This document shows positions 7,504 through 17,227 of a DNA stretch of 64,000 nt, one piece after another (the first letter of the stretch is position 1; each line of letters begins with the position of its first letter). Both the position numbers and the translations under genes were made by a program. The DNA lies in assembly GCA_019192455.1 (NCBI GenBank), contig JAHCML010000005.1, positions 50,277-114,276 of the forward strand. Direction: 5' to 3'. Origin of the DNA: Alphaproteobacteria bacterium SS10 (GTDB taxonomy: Bacteria > Pseudomonadota > Alphaproteobacteria > TMED2). Under the pieces are notes generated by a model. It did not search any database. It was not told where the DNA came from and saw nothing but the letters and a program-made list of their open reading frames with translations.

Positions 7504-8364
7504 GTGAAAGGTCGAATGGTCCATTACATTGATGGCGAATGGCATAGCGGGAATCCCTCAGTTATCGGGCCCGCAACCCATGGGTTTTGGATGTCATCGG
7601 TGGTGTTTGATGGGGCCCGCTGGTTTGAGGGCGTCGCCCCTGATCTTGACCTGCATTGTCAGCGCGTCATCCACTCTGCCGAGGCCATGGGCCTGGAACC
7701 CGCCATCAGCGCTGAGGAGATTGAAGCCTTGGCTGCTGTCGGGTTGCAGGAGCTGGATACTGAAGAGGCGGTCTATATCCGCCCCAGCTTCTACGCTGAG
7801 TCTGGTTTCGTCGTACCGGAGATGGGCTCCACCAAGTTCATCCTGACTATGTATGAATCCCCGTTGCCGGATTTTGAGGCTGGCTTCTCCGCTTGCCTGT
7901 CTGATCGGACAAAGCCAACACCGATGGCCGCGCCAACCAATGCGAAGGCCTCGTGCCTTTATCCCAATGCAGCCCTCGCCATTAAGGCCGCCACCGATCG
8001 CGGATTCACCAACGCGGTAATGTGCGACCCCATGGGTAATGTGGCGGAGTTCGCCTCAGCCAACCTCTTCATGGTGACAGATGGCGTGGTGCATACGGCG
8101 GCGGCCAATGGCACGTTCCTCAACGGCATCACCCGGCAACGGGTGATTGGCCTGCTCCGCGATGATGGGTTTGAGGTGATTGAGGGCCGCATCACCACCG
8201 ATGAGCTTGAGCGGGCGGATGAGATTTTCTGTACCGGCAACTACCCAAAGGTTCTGCCGCTAACCCGGTACGAAACCCGTGCCCTGCCGGTTGGGCCCGT
8301 GGCACGCCGGGCCCGCAGCCTGTACTGGGATTTCGCCTATAGCCGCGGAAAACTGGCGGCTTGA
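7504..8364 (+). CDS. Branched-chain amino acid aminotransferase (PLP fold type IV)
   Basis: 286 aa. YIDGEWHSG N-terminus, a Lys-containing segment NAKASCLYPNAALAIKAA, and C-terminal ADEIFCTGNY. The GTG start is preceded by AAGGGGAG. Confidence 0.85.
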   Translation: MKGRMVHYIDGEWHSGNPSVIGPATHGFWMSSVVFDGARWFEGVAPDLDLHCQRVIHSAEAMGLEPAISAEEIEALAAVGLQELDTEEAVYIRPSFYAESGFVVPEMGSTKFILTMYESPLPDFEAGFSACLSDRTKPTPMAAPTNAKASCLYPNAALAIKAATDRGFTNAVMCDPMGNVAEFASANLFMVTDGVVHTAAANGTFLNGITRQRVIGLLRDDGFEVIEGRITTDELERADEIFCTGNYPKVLPLTRYETRALPVGPVARRARSLYWDFAYSRGKLAA

Positions 8365-8497
8365 GCGGCTTCTGACCACTTACCAAACCCTGATTTGGAA
8401 CATCGTTTGCTTGAATACGATTGAAGCTAAGCTGCCCAACCCGCATATTGTTCCATGCAGGGCAGTGAAATGGCAGGGTCGCTAGAGAACCAGAAGG

Positions 8498-8944
8498 GTG
8501 GCTCAGATGTCGTCAACCATGCAAGCAAGCGCGGGGGTTATGAACCGTCAGTTCTATCCCGCCGGTACCCTAATTTTTGAAGAGGGTGATCAGGGGGATT
8601 ACCTCTACGTGGTCAAATCTGGCCGGGTGGAGATCTTCCAGCATCGGCCAGAGGGCAAAATCATCATCGGCACCGTCGGTGCGGGTGAGCTGTTTGGCGA
8701 GATGGCCCTGGTTGATGGTGAGCCGCGCATGGCGTCGGCCCGTACCATCCAGGATTGCGAGTTGATGCTCGTCTCCGGCGCTAGCTTCCGTGATCACCTT
8801 AGTGAGACAACCCCCTTCATCCGGGCGGTGATGGGCATTCTGGTTAAGAACCTCCGCAGTGTGGATCGTTGGCATAACCAGCGAATTGTTAAAGATGAGG
8901 ATGAGCCCTTAATCCTCGATGCCATAACAACGGAAGATGGCTGA
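8498..8944 (+). CDS. Cyclic nucleotide-binding (cNMP/Crp-type) single-domain protein
   Basis: IFEEGDQGDYLYVVKSGRVEI ... GELFGEMALVDGEPRMASARTI is a classic cNMP-binding beta-barrel signature. No DNA-binding HTH follows. The start could be the ATG at 8507. Confidence 0.8.
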   Translation: MAQMSSTMQASAGVMNRQFYPAGTLIFEEGDQGDYLYVVKSGRVEIFQHRPEGKIIIGTVGAGELFGEMALVDGEPRMASARTIQDCELMLVSGASFRDHLSETTPFIRAVMGILVKNLRSVDRWHNQRIVKDEDEPLILDAITTEDG

Positions 8945-9485
8945 TCAAACCCGACGGAAACTGCTATTTGGCCTCGCCGCTGCGTTCACGCTCGGCGCGC
9001 CATCGCTTGCCCAGGCTCAATCCCGTATCCCAACCCAGGATGGCCGCGACCCGCAGCGCCAGCGTTTAGAACGTCAGCAGCGCCAGCAACAGGACGCGCT
9101 GGACCAGGCGCGGGAACGCCGCCAACAACTGCGCCAGCGGCAAGACAACCTCCGCCGCCTCGGTGAAGCCCGGCAGGAGCAGCTGCGGCAACGGCTGGAT
9201 AGCATTCAAGAATCTGTTCGTGACCAACAGAACCAGCGCCTCGGCACTGCACGGCAGCAGCGCAATGTGCTGCGCGATAGCGACCGCATCCGGCGCTTGG
9301 AACAATCTGATGATCAACGGCGCGCCCGCACATCTGGCAGCCGGGCCACCCAGCGTAATCAGCGCAACCAGGTTGATCGCCTGCAATCCCAGCGTAGTCG
9401 CAGCACCCGCATTCAGCGTGAGGCAGCGTCGAACCGCTTCCTAAGCCAGCGGCACTTCCGATCCCGCCAACAGCGCGGCCGTTAG
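8937..9485 (+). CDS. Tat-signal, Arg/Gln-rich low-complexity periplasmic protein
   Basis: QTRRKLLFGLAAAFTLGAPSLAQA signal, then about 150 aa dominated by R, Q, L, D (QRLERQQRQQQD..., RRQQLRQRQDNLRR...). 8-nt ATGGCTGA overlap with the upstream gene. Confidence 0.6.
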   Translation: MADQTRRKLLFGLAAAFTLGAPSLAQAQSRIPTQDGRDPQRQRLERQQRQQQDALDQARERRQQLRQRQDNLRRLGEARQEQLRQRLDSIQESVRDQQNQRLGTARQQRNVLRDSDRIRRLEQSDDQRRARTSGSRATQRNQRNQVDRLQSQRSRSTRIQREAASNRFLSQRHFRSRQQRGR

Positions 9486-9539
9486 GTGTGATCCCCCCTG
9501 AACCGCGTATCGTCACGGTTCAGGGAGGCATTCACCTGT

Positions 9540-11138
9540 TTATGCGGCGGTCTCGCTAACCAGGGCACCGTCCAGCGCTTGCTGGATCAGCTCTTTGGTC
9601 TCTTCAATACCGTAGAGCTTCACGAAGGACCCAAAGCGTGGCCCCTGATCCTGGCCAAGCAGGACCTGATAGAGCGCCTTAAACCAATCGCGTAGTGGCT
9701 CAAACCCATGGGTTTTACCGATGGAGAAGATCGCGGTTTGGATTTCCTCGGTCTCCATCTCCTGGGTCAGCTCACCCAGTGCTTTTAACAGATCCTCAAA
9801 CGCGGCGCGCTCCTGATCTGTTGGTGCGCGGTAGGCTTTCTCCGGCTTCACGAAGTCCTGGTAATAGGTGACCGCATATTCGGTCAGCTTATCCAAGAAT
9901 GGCGCGTTTTCTGGCGTGGCCTCAGGCGCGTAGCGCTTGATGAAGCCCCAAAGCACGGCCTTATCATCCGCGTTCACCACTGATGCGAGGTTCAGCAGGA
10001 TGGCAAAGCTTAGATGGTTTGGTTCTGCCGGTGGGTTGCCATTGTGGATGTGCCAGGCCGGGTTCTCCATCTGCTTGGCTGTTTCTTCACCTGGGAACTT
10101 CTCGGTGAAGGTCAGATACTCATCGACAGCCTTCGGGATGACATCGAAATGCAGCCGCTTTGCTTGGCGTGGCTTCTGCCACATATAGAGCGCCAGGCTC
10201 TCATCCGGGGCATAGCGGAGCCATTCTTCAACCGACAGGCCGTTGCCTTTGGATTTGGAGATCTTCTGACCTTCCGAATCTAGGAACAGCTCATAGTTGA
10301 AGCCCTCTGGCGGCTTTGACCCCATGATCCGGGTGATCTTGGAGGAGACCTTCACACTCTCGATCAGGTCTTTGCCCGACATCTCATAATCAACGCCGAG
10401 GGCATGCCAGCGCATGGCCCAATCGGGCTTCCACTGCATCTTCACATTGCCGCCGGTGACCGACAGCTCAACTTTCTGACCGTCGACGTCTTCAAAGACG
10501 ATGGTCCCGGCATCCGGCTTGGTCTCAAGGATTGGCAACTGCAATACCTCACCGGTGGAGGGCGAGATCGGCAGGAAGATGGAGTAGGTCGCGCGCCGCT
10601 CTGGCCCCAGGGTTGGCAGCATCACGCCCATGATCTCGTCATAGCGTTCTAGGGCCGTTTGCAGTGCCTCATCGAACATGCCCGCCTTGTAGCAATCGGT
10701 GGATGAGTAGAAATCATACTCAAAGCCAAACTGGTCCAAGAACGCCTTCAGCCGATCGTTGTTATGGCGACCAAAGCTGTCATGGGTGCCGAAGGGATCT
10801 GGCACGACGGTGAGCGGCTTATTCAGGTGCTGCTGCAGCAGTTCCTGGTTCGGCACGTTGTCCGGGACCTTACGCAGGCCATCCATGTCATCAGAGAAAC
10901 AGATGAGCTGTGTCGGTAAGTCCGACAAACGTTGGAAGGCCTGGCGCACCATGGTGGTGCGGACCACCTCACCAAAGGTGCCGATATGCGGTAGGCCGGA
11001 TGGGCCATAGCCGGTTTCGAAGATGACCTTGCCACTCTTCGGCGGCGTCTTCTCAAACCGCTGCACGAGTTTTCGTGCTTCCTCAAACGGCCAGGCGCGG
11101 GCGTTTTGGGCGAGCTCTCTCTCGGTTTGTGCGGTCAT
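9540..11138 (-). CDS. lysK: Lysine--tRNA ligase, class I
   Basis: GLPHIGTFGE (HIGH-type) and KISKSKGNG (KMSKS-type) motifs. 532 aa with the N-terminal WPFEEARK typical of class I LysRS. Confidence 0.95.
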   Translation of the reverse strand: MTAQTERELAQNARAWPFEEARKLVQRFEKTPPKSGKVIFETGYGPSGLPHIGTFGEVVRTTMVRQAFQRLSDLPTQLICFSDDMDGLRKVPDNVPNQELLQQHLNKPLTVVPDPFGTHDSFGRHNNDRLKAFLDQFGFEYDFYSSTDCYKAGMFDEALQTALERYDEIMGVMLPTLGPERRATYSIFLPISPSTGEVLQLPILETKPDAGTIVFEDVDGQKVELSVTGGNVKMQWKPDWAMRWHALGVDYEMSGKDLIESVKVSSKITRIMGSKPPEGFNYELFLDSEGQKISKSKGNGLSVEEWLRYAPDESLALYMWQKPRQAKRLHFDVIPKAVDEYLTFTEKFPGEETAKQMENPAWHIHNGNPPAEPNHLSFAILLNLASVVNADDKAVLWGFIKRYAPEATPENAPFLDKLTEYAVTYYQDFVKPEKAYRAPTDQERAAFEDLLKALGELTQEMETEEIQTAIFSIGKTHGFEPLRDWFKALYQVLLGQDQGPRFGSFVKLYGIEETKELIQQALDGALVSETAA

Positions 11139-11236
11139 CGTTCAATCTCGTGGATTTCGGGTTTCAAGAATGGTCTGGCCTGATTAGTGCCAGACCGGCG
11201 CATTGCTTAAACCATCGCTGCGGCTTAAGGCTAGTG

Positions 11237-14152
11237 ATGATGTGGGGCGACCCCAATCCCGTGACCATCAATCAGTCCGCTCTCTTGTCTGATCAGTCGA
11301 ACAACCTGCCGGCCTCGACGCCCAATCCACTGACCCAACTGCCCGTCATGGTGATGGGTGCCGCGGGTCCGTTGCGCCGCGCGGTGACGGGCGAGATTGC
11401 CAAGCTCTCAATCGCCGAGGCGCGGGATAAGCTGACCGCCGAGCCACATCTGATCTGCCATGGCCGTGCCATCGGTCGACGGCTGGAAATGAAGGGCGTT
11501 GCCCCTGGCTTTGATCTGCTGGAGCTCTTTGCCTTCTGCCGCCCGGCGCAGTTCTGCCTGCCGACGGTTGGTGGTTTGGCGGAGTTGCTTGACCTTACCA
11601 AGCCCGCGCCCGGTGATATGGACGCACAGTTCGAGGCGATGCCGCTGATCGGTCATGCCTTGCTTGAGGAGTTGGCCGCGCCGATGCGCGGTGACCGGGA
11701 CATCGCTGGCCCCATTGCCTTTGCCATGGCGGAGGGGGGCTGGCCTTGGGGCAAGCTGGTGCTGGACCGGTTGGGCATGAACGGGCCACCCACCGGCCAG
11801 GATTTGTTTAACGCCTTTGCCGTTTGGCGCCGGGCCCCGGAATGGGAAGACCGGGCACCGCCACCGCCGCCGGGCAATGATGCGGTGGACCCGCCCGCCG
11901 CCCGAACCCAGCTGGATCGATTGCTGGCAGCGAGGGGCGGTCAACGTGAGGCACGGCCCCAACAGGCAGACTATGCCAGCGCGACGGCCGCAGCTTTCCG
12001 CCCCCGCGCGGCAGAGGGTGAACCGAACGTTATACTTGCCGAGGCAGGCACCGGTGTGGGGAAAACGCTCGGTTACTTGGCGCCTGCCACCCTGTGGTCG
12101 CAGATGAATGAAGGGCCGGTGTGGGTTGCCACCTACACAAGGAACCTGCAGCGCCAGATTGATGATGAGCTGCAGCGCTTGTCGGAGATGGTGCCGCCCG
12201 AGCAGGTGGTCGTGCGCAAGGGGCGGGAGAACTTTTTATGCCTGCTGAATTTTGAGGAGGCGATCCAGCGCATCGCCACCACGCCTCAGAACGCAGTACC
12301 GCTTGGTTTGCTAACCCGTTGGGCGAGTGCCAGCCGGGATGGCGCACTGGTCGCCGGGGATCTGCCGGGCTGGCTTACGGATCTGGCTGGCCGGTCCCGG
12401 ACGGCGGCGCTCGCCGATAAGCGGGGCGAATGTATCTATGCCGCCTGCCCGCACTATCGCCGCTGTTATATCGAACGCAATACCAGGGCGGCGAAACACG
12501 CCCGTGTCGTTGTCGCGAACCACGCGCTGGTGCTCTACCACGCCGCCACGGCCGCCCAAGAGGCGATCGAGGCGATGCCCACCCATTATGTGTTTGATGA
12601 GGGGCACCACCTATTCGATGCCGCCGACAGCGCATTTGGCATCGCGCTGACAGCGCAGGAAGCCGCCGAACAGCGGCGTTGGCTGTTAGGCGCTGAAACC
12701 GGTCGCAGCAGCCGGGCCCGTGGCCTTGCCCGCCGGGTTGAGGATTTGCTGGCCGGGGATGAGGAAGGCCTGGCCGCCATGGATGCCGCGCAGGAAGCAG
12801 CGCGCACCCTGCCCAGCCAGGGCTGGCAAAAGCGGTTGGGTGAGGATGGCGCCAAAGGGGCGGGGGAGCGTTTCTTCGCCGCCGTGCGTGACCATGTCTA
12901 CACCCATGCCGGTGGTAAGGAGAGCCCGTACGATCTTGAGGCCCCGCCGCTACCCATGACCCCAGCGCTGATTGAACAGGCGCGTGGCTTTGCCGATGGG
13001 CTGGGTCGGTTGATCGATCCACTCTCCACGATCAAGCGCCGCCTGATCCGCCTGATGGATGAGCGGGCGGAGGATTGGGATACTGATACCAGGCAGCGGG
13101 CTGATTCCCTGGCGCGTGGGATTGAACGGCGGGTTGAGCAGACCTATCGCGGCTGGCGTATGGGCCTAGTTACCCTGGCTGACTTTGCAGAAGCGTCAGC
13201 GGGTATCAGCAACGATAACCCAGCCAGCGCTGACCCCGGCCTCAGCGGTGCTGTGATTGATGAGAAGTTTGTCGATTGGTTTGCGGTATCGCGGATTGAA
13301 GGACGGGATATCGATATCGGCTATCACCGACATTGGGTTGATCCAACCGAGCCAATGGTTGAGACGGTACTGACCCACGCCCAGGGCGCGGTCGTCACCT
13401 CCGCCACCCTTACCGATGGCGGGGCTAAGCCCATTGCCGGTGAAGAGGATCAGGACGCGCAGCGCTGGGTGGCGGCGGAGCGGGTTAGCGGTGCCAATCA
13501 CCTGCCCATTACACCTGTGCGTGCGCGCGTTCGCTCCCCCTTTGATTACCCATCGCAGACCCGTGCCTACATCGTCACCGATGTGAACAAGCACGATATG
13601 GATCAACTGGCGACCGCCTATCGCGCGCTGTTTGAGGCGTCGGGCGGTGGGGCGCTGGGGCTGTTCACCGCCATCCAACGTTTGCGGGCGGTGCATGGGC
13701 GTTTAGCACCAGCAATGGAGGCAGCGGGGCTACCACTTTATGCCCAGCACGCCGATGGTATCGACCCCTCCACCCTCGTTGATATCTTCCGGGGTGAGCG
13801 GGATGCTTGCCTGCTTGGCACCGATGCGATTCGAGATGGTGTGGATGTGCCCGGTGATGCCTTAAGGCTGGTGGTCTTTGACAGGGTGCCATGGCCACGG
13901 CCCAGCCTGATCCATAAGGCTAGGCGTCAACGATTTGGCGGCCAGGCCTATGATGATGAGCAGATACGCCTCCGCCTGCGTCAGGCCTTTGGACGTTTGA
14001 TCCGGCGCGGTGATGATCGAGGGGTGTTTGTGATGTTGGACAGCGCCGTGCCATCCCGCCTGCTGCCTGCCTTCCCAGAGGGGGTTGAGGTCCAGCGGGT
14101 TGGCCTGTCAGCGGCGATTGCCGGCGTTCGGGATTTCGTCAGTAGCCAGTGA
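11237..14152 (+). CDS. DinG/Rad3-family ATP-dependent DNA helicase with an Fe-S cluster domain
   Basis: Walker A AEAGTGVGKTLGY, DEGHHL box, and Cys cluster C..CPHYRRC. The start is moved to the ATG at 11237 to avoid overlapping lysK. The protein has a long N-terminal extension. Confidence 0.85.
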   Translation: MMWGDPNPVTINQSALLSDQSNNLPASTPNPLTQLPVMVMGAAGPLRRAVTGEIAKLSIAEARDKLTAEPHLICHGRAIGRRLEMKGVAPGFDLLELFAFCRPAQFCLPTVGGLAELLDLTKPAPGDMDAQFEAMPLIGHALLEELAAPMRGDRDIAGPIAFAMAEGGWPWGKLVLDRLGMNGPPTGQDLFNAFAVWRRAPEWEDRAPPPPPGNDAVDPPAARTQLDRLLAARGGQREARPQQADYASATAAAFRPRAAEGEPNVILAEAGTGVGKTLGYLAPATLWSQMNEGPVWVATYTRNLQRQIDDELQRLSEMVPPEQVVVRKGRENFLCLLNFEEAIQRIATTPQNAVPLGLLTRWASASRDGALVAGDLPGWLTDLAGRSRTAALADKRGECIYAACPHYRRCYIERNTRAAKHARVVVANHALVLYHAATAAQEAIEAMPTHYVFDEGHHLFDAADSAFGIALTAQEAAEQRRWLLGAETGRSSRARGLARRVEDLLAGDEEGLAAMDAAQEAARTLPSQGWQKRLGEDGAKGAGERFFAAVRDHVYTHAGGKESPYDLEAPPLPMTPALIEQARGFADGLGRLIDPLSTIKRRLIRLMDERAEDWDTDTRQRADSLARGIERRVEQTYRGWRMGLVTLADFAEASAGISNDNPASADPGLSGAVIDEKFVDWFAVSRIEGRDIDIGYHRHWVDPTEPMVETVLTHAQGAVVTSATLTDGGAKPIAGEEDQDAQRWVAAERVSGANHLPITPVRARVRSPFDYPSQTRAYIVTDVNKHDMDQLATAYRALFEASGGGALGLFTAIQRLRAVHGRLAPAMEAAGLPLYAQHADGIDPSTLVDIFRGERDACLLGTDAIRDGVDVPGDALRLVVFDRVPWPRPSLIHKARRQRFGGQAYDDEQIRLRLRQAFGRLIRRGDDRGVFVMLDSAVPSRLLPAFPEGVEVQRVGLSAAIAGVRDFVSSQ

Positions 14153-14178
14153 TTTGGCAATGGGCGTAAGCGGGCAAC

Positions 14179-14215
14179 AAAAAAGCCCCGGGCGATGCCG
14201 GGGCTGTTTTTGTTT
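14179..14215. terminator. Bidirectional rho-independent terminator
   Basis: AAAAAGCCCCGG-gcgatg-CCGGGGCTGTTTTTGTTTG: an 8-bp GC stem flanked by an A-run and a T-run, lying between convergent genes. Confidence 0.75.
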
Positions 14216-14228
14216 GTCTATCGCTGAC

Positions 14229-14879
14229 TTACGCGAGGCGCAGGAACCGGGCAATGGCCAGGGCAGCGTCTTTGGTGCGAAGCATTGAGGTCAGACGACC
14301 TTCATCCAGTGGCAGCCACTCAGATGGCTCACCATGGCTCAGCATTTCCAGGGTCGCGGCACCACGATCAGGACCGTTGATGGCGAAGGTCAGGCGGCGC
14401 TGAACGCCGGTTGCTTCACTGCCGATCAGAATGGTTTGATTGCCGTTGTCGTTGCTGGTATTGTCCAAGCGGGCAACCCAACCGTGAGACTGGCGCAGGG
14501 CGTCGTTGAGGGCAGCACCAAAGACGGGCCACACTTTATCCTCAGCACCACCAACTTCACCGGCCATCACGCCGTCATTGGCTGCGGTTTGCAGTTCCAC
14601 AACGAAATCGCGGACTGGCATCGCTTCACCGTGGCTGATCCAGTTGCCGTTCTCATCAGCGCTCTGGGCCTCAAGGGTCCAAGGGCTGGTGTCGCGGGTG
14701 AGGATCAGGCGCTCTTCCATACCGCCAATGCGGTAGAAGGTGACCGCACTGATGCTGTCAGGCTGGTAACCATTTTCAGTGCCAGGCAGGTATCCTTGGC
14801 GGCGTAGGAAGCCAACCAGGGCGGCCATGAACTGACCCATTTCGTCGTTATTTTGTTCTAGGGGGCGGGCAAGATTCAT
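14229..14879 (-). CDS. Hypothetical two-module protein (paralog of 15149..15892)
   Basis: The ORF is trimmed to the ATG at 14879 because the upstream extension is K/R-rich nonsense. The motif order is alignable to the neighbouring gene. Confidence 0.6.
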   Translation of the reverse strand: MNLARPLEQNNDEMGQFMAALVGFLRRQGYLPGTENGYQPDSISAVTFYRIGGMEERLILTRDTSPWTLEAQSADENGNWISHGEAMPVRDFVVELQTAANDGVMAGEVGGAEDKVWPVFGAALNDALRQSHGWVARLDNTSNDNGNQTILIGSEATGVQRRLTFAINGPDRGAATLEMLSHGEPSEWLPLDEGRLTSMLRTKDAALAIARFLRLA

Positions 14880-15148
14880 TGTCTGTCGCGGTTGTGTGTT
14901 GCGGTCCTGGCGACGGTTGTACGGGCGTGCCGGTTGAAGCGCGCGCCGTTGGGGAGCGTGGAAGTAACGTGGCAACGATTGCATTGTTCTCTTCTTTTTT
15001 GTTGCACGGCCTTTTGTGTACCGCCGTTTTCCGGCGAGCCACTTGGGGGGAGACCGATTGTGTTTCCGCTTGAGCGTGGGGGCTCTGTTTGTCGCCAAAT
15101 TGGCTTTTTATTAAGTTTTGGTGACAGCCGAAGCTATCAGCCGTTTTC

Positions 15149-15892
15149 CTAACGATGGGTCAAGAAAGAAGCGAGGGTCCGGCCAAAAGTTTTTAGCCCG
15201 GAGCCAAACTGTGTCGTGGATAACGCCCGTGCAGGTGTGGATAGGAACTCCTGCAGCTGAGTCATCGCACAATCTTTGGTGCATTCGCAGACCAGTTTAG
15301 ACACTGGTTTCTGCTTAATTAGAATCCCATCAGCTTCACGTAGGCAGGCGTTTAAACCAGCCTTACCAAGCATCAGCCGCCGACCATCAAGGGAGGGGTC
15401 GAGCGAGGTTACGCGAAGTTCGAGGGCACCATGGCGGTTCTCAATCCAGCGGCAGAAAGTTTGGTTCTGATGCGCGCGGAGAGATGCCAGCGTGGCGCCG
15501 AGACGACGTAGACGGGGACCAACAGGGCTCACACTGTCGAGATGTGGGCCATGGGTGACAAAGCTGTTGATTGAACCCTGCCAAAGCACCCGCCACTCAT
15601 CACCGTCGAAGCGCTCAAACGTCATAAACGGGGTTACTTCCCATTGTGAGACGGTGAGGCGACGGTTGGTGTCACCAACCAGGTAGTAAACGTCACGACC
15701 GCCATGGCCATAGAGCGTGCGGCTATCGCAGAGATAGCCGAGATCGGCGATGCGAGCCTCGACCTGCTCAAGCAGGTGGGCGTTGTCGTTGACGGTCTCT
15801 TGAACCTGTTGACCAGCGTCAAGCGGGGAGAGCTTGGCGTCTTGGTTTGCAGGACCGGTAACCGGTGCTGCTTGTGCTGGCAGTGCTGCCAT
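15149..15892 (-). CDS. Hypothetical two-module protein (paralog of 14229..14879)
   Basis: 247 aa with a strong AAGGAG SD before the ATG at 15892. No known domain recognised. Confidence 0.65.
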   Translation of the reverse strand: MAALPAQAAPVTGPANQDAKLSPLDAGQQVQETVNDNAHLLEQVEARIADLGYLCDSRTLYGHGGRDVYYLVGDTNRRLTVSQWEVTPFMTFERFDGDEWRVLWQGSINSFVTHGPHLDSVSPVGPRLRRLGATLASLRAHQNQTFCRWIENRHGALELRVTSLDPSLDGRRLMLGKAGLNACLREADGILIKQKPVSKLVCECTKDCAMTQLQEFLSTPARALSTTQFGSGLKTFGRTLASFLTHR

Positions 15893-16066
15893 TGGATGGC
15901 TCCTTAACGTCGTTCTCTTTTATCTTTGGGCCTTGGCGTTACCAGTTTGGCGACGGTGCTGCCGGGGCCAGATCACGGGTTTTACCCGCCTTATTATTAG
16001 TTTTCGTCGTTATCGTTTTTCAGCGGTTTTCCTAGGGTTTCAGCCCCAGGTCTCTCGCTGTGATCG

Positions 16067-17023
16067 TCAACCTGTCATCCCTTTTTGAAAGACAGGAGCC
16101 AAATAAATGAGAAGGACGGATAACGAAATGATTGAGATCAAAGTTGATACAAATATTGCGGCAGATGTTGCACCAACATGCGCATTGTAACGTTGCGCCA
16201 CGACAAAGGTCAGGGCGCCGGTGGGCAAAGCGGCTAAAACCAGCGCCGCTGCCTCCCAATAGGGATCTAACGGCACAAACTGGACAATCAGCCACCAGGT
16301 CGCCAGGGGCTGGACCACCAGTTTTAGGAAGGAAAGCCAAAGCGCTTCCCAGATGCCCTCGGTCAGCTTTTGACCGGCCAGGAACAGGCCAATCGCGAAG
16401 AGGGCGCAAGGCCCAGCGGCGGCCCCCAGCAATCGACAGAACCGCTCAATCGGCTCTGCTAGCCCCACTTGCAGGAGGGCGAGCGCAATGCCAATTGCCG
16501 ATCCGATCACCAGCGGGTTTTTAAGCAAGGCGATTGTGATGTCCCGGGCGATGGTCAGTGGTGGCTTTCCGCCGCCGGCAAATGCCTCAAGGGTCACAAC
16601 CCCAACCGCGACCATCACCGAACTCATAATAACCGTGGCGATAATCACCGGCGGCAGGCCAGCCTCACCCACCAAAGCGATGAAAAGCGGGATGCCCATA
16701 TAGCCGGTATTGGGGAAGCTGGCTTTGAGCGCCTGCATGGCGATAGCCTCCCCCGGCTGACGCCGAACAATGGCGACGATGGCGCCCACTATATAGGTGA
16801 GGGCCATGCCACCGCAGAACACCGCAATAAATGGCAAGTGGAGGATTTGTGCTAAGGGCGCTTCCGTCAGGCTGACGATCAGCAATGCGGGAAGGGCGAA
16901 GGCGTAGACGAATTGGTTTAGCGCCACGCTACCGTCACTGCCCAACAGCCCGGAACGGCCTGCAAACCAGCCAGCAAAGATGATGGCGAAAACCGGCAAT
17001 GTAACGGTGATGACGATATCCAT
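16067..17023 (-). CDS. AEC (auxin efflux carrier) family transporter
   Basis: 318 aa, about 10 TM segments, N-terminus MDIVITVTLPVFAIIFAGWFAGR typical of the family. Confidence 0.9.
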   Translation of the reverse strand: MDIVITVTLPVFAIIFAGWFAGRSGLLGSDGSVALNQFVYAFALPALLIVSLTEAPLAQILHLPFIAVFCGGMALTYIVGAIVAIVRRQPGEAIAMQALKASFPNTGYMGIPLFIALVGEAGLPPVIIATVIMSSVMVAVGVVTLEAFAGGGKPPLTIARDITIALLKNPLVIGSAIGIALALLQVGLAEPIERFCRLLGAAAGPCALFAIGLFLAGQKLTEGIWEALWLSFLKLVVQPLATWWLIVQFVPLDPYWEAAALVLAALPTGALTFVVAQRYNAHVGATSAAIFVSTLISIISLSVLLIYLAPVFQKGMTG

Positions 17024-17227
17024 GGGGCCATGGCGTTACGTGGCTACCGTGCCGGGGTCAAGCGACCCGTGGTTGGATCAATCACATCTGGTGACACTAT
17101 TGGCAATTGACCCTGCCCCTACCGACCGGGCATTTAAGCGGTGACTGATACCCCCGCTCTCGCCCGACTGTTCTTGCCAACTGTTCTGGTCTTTAGGGCA
17201 GACCCCCAACATAGGTCCGATCTCACC

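Noticed and set aside
12375-13022. Many long alternative-frame or antisense ORFs in the track. Examples are 139..699, 8986..9516, 11408..11962, 12375..13022, 39493..40350, 50510..51043, 60181..60888 and 62161..62988.
   Set aside because: They lie inside or antisense to ORFs with clear family signatures. Their translations are R/P/A/G-rich low-information strings, as expected for shadow frames in GC-rich DNA.
14880-15098. N-terminal extension of ORF 14229..15098.
   Set aside because: The extra 73 residues are K/R/P/T-rich and look like translated non-coding sequence. The gene is trimmed to the ATG at 14879, although that start lacks a clear SD, so it remains uncertain.
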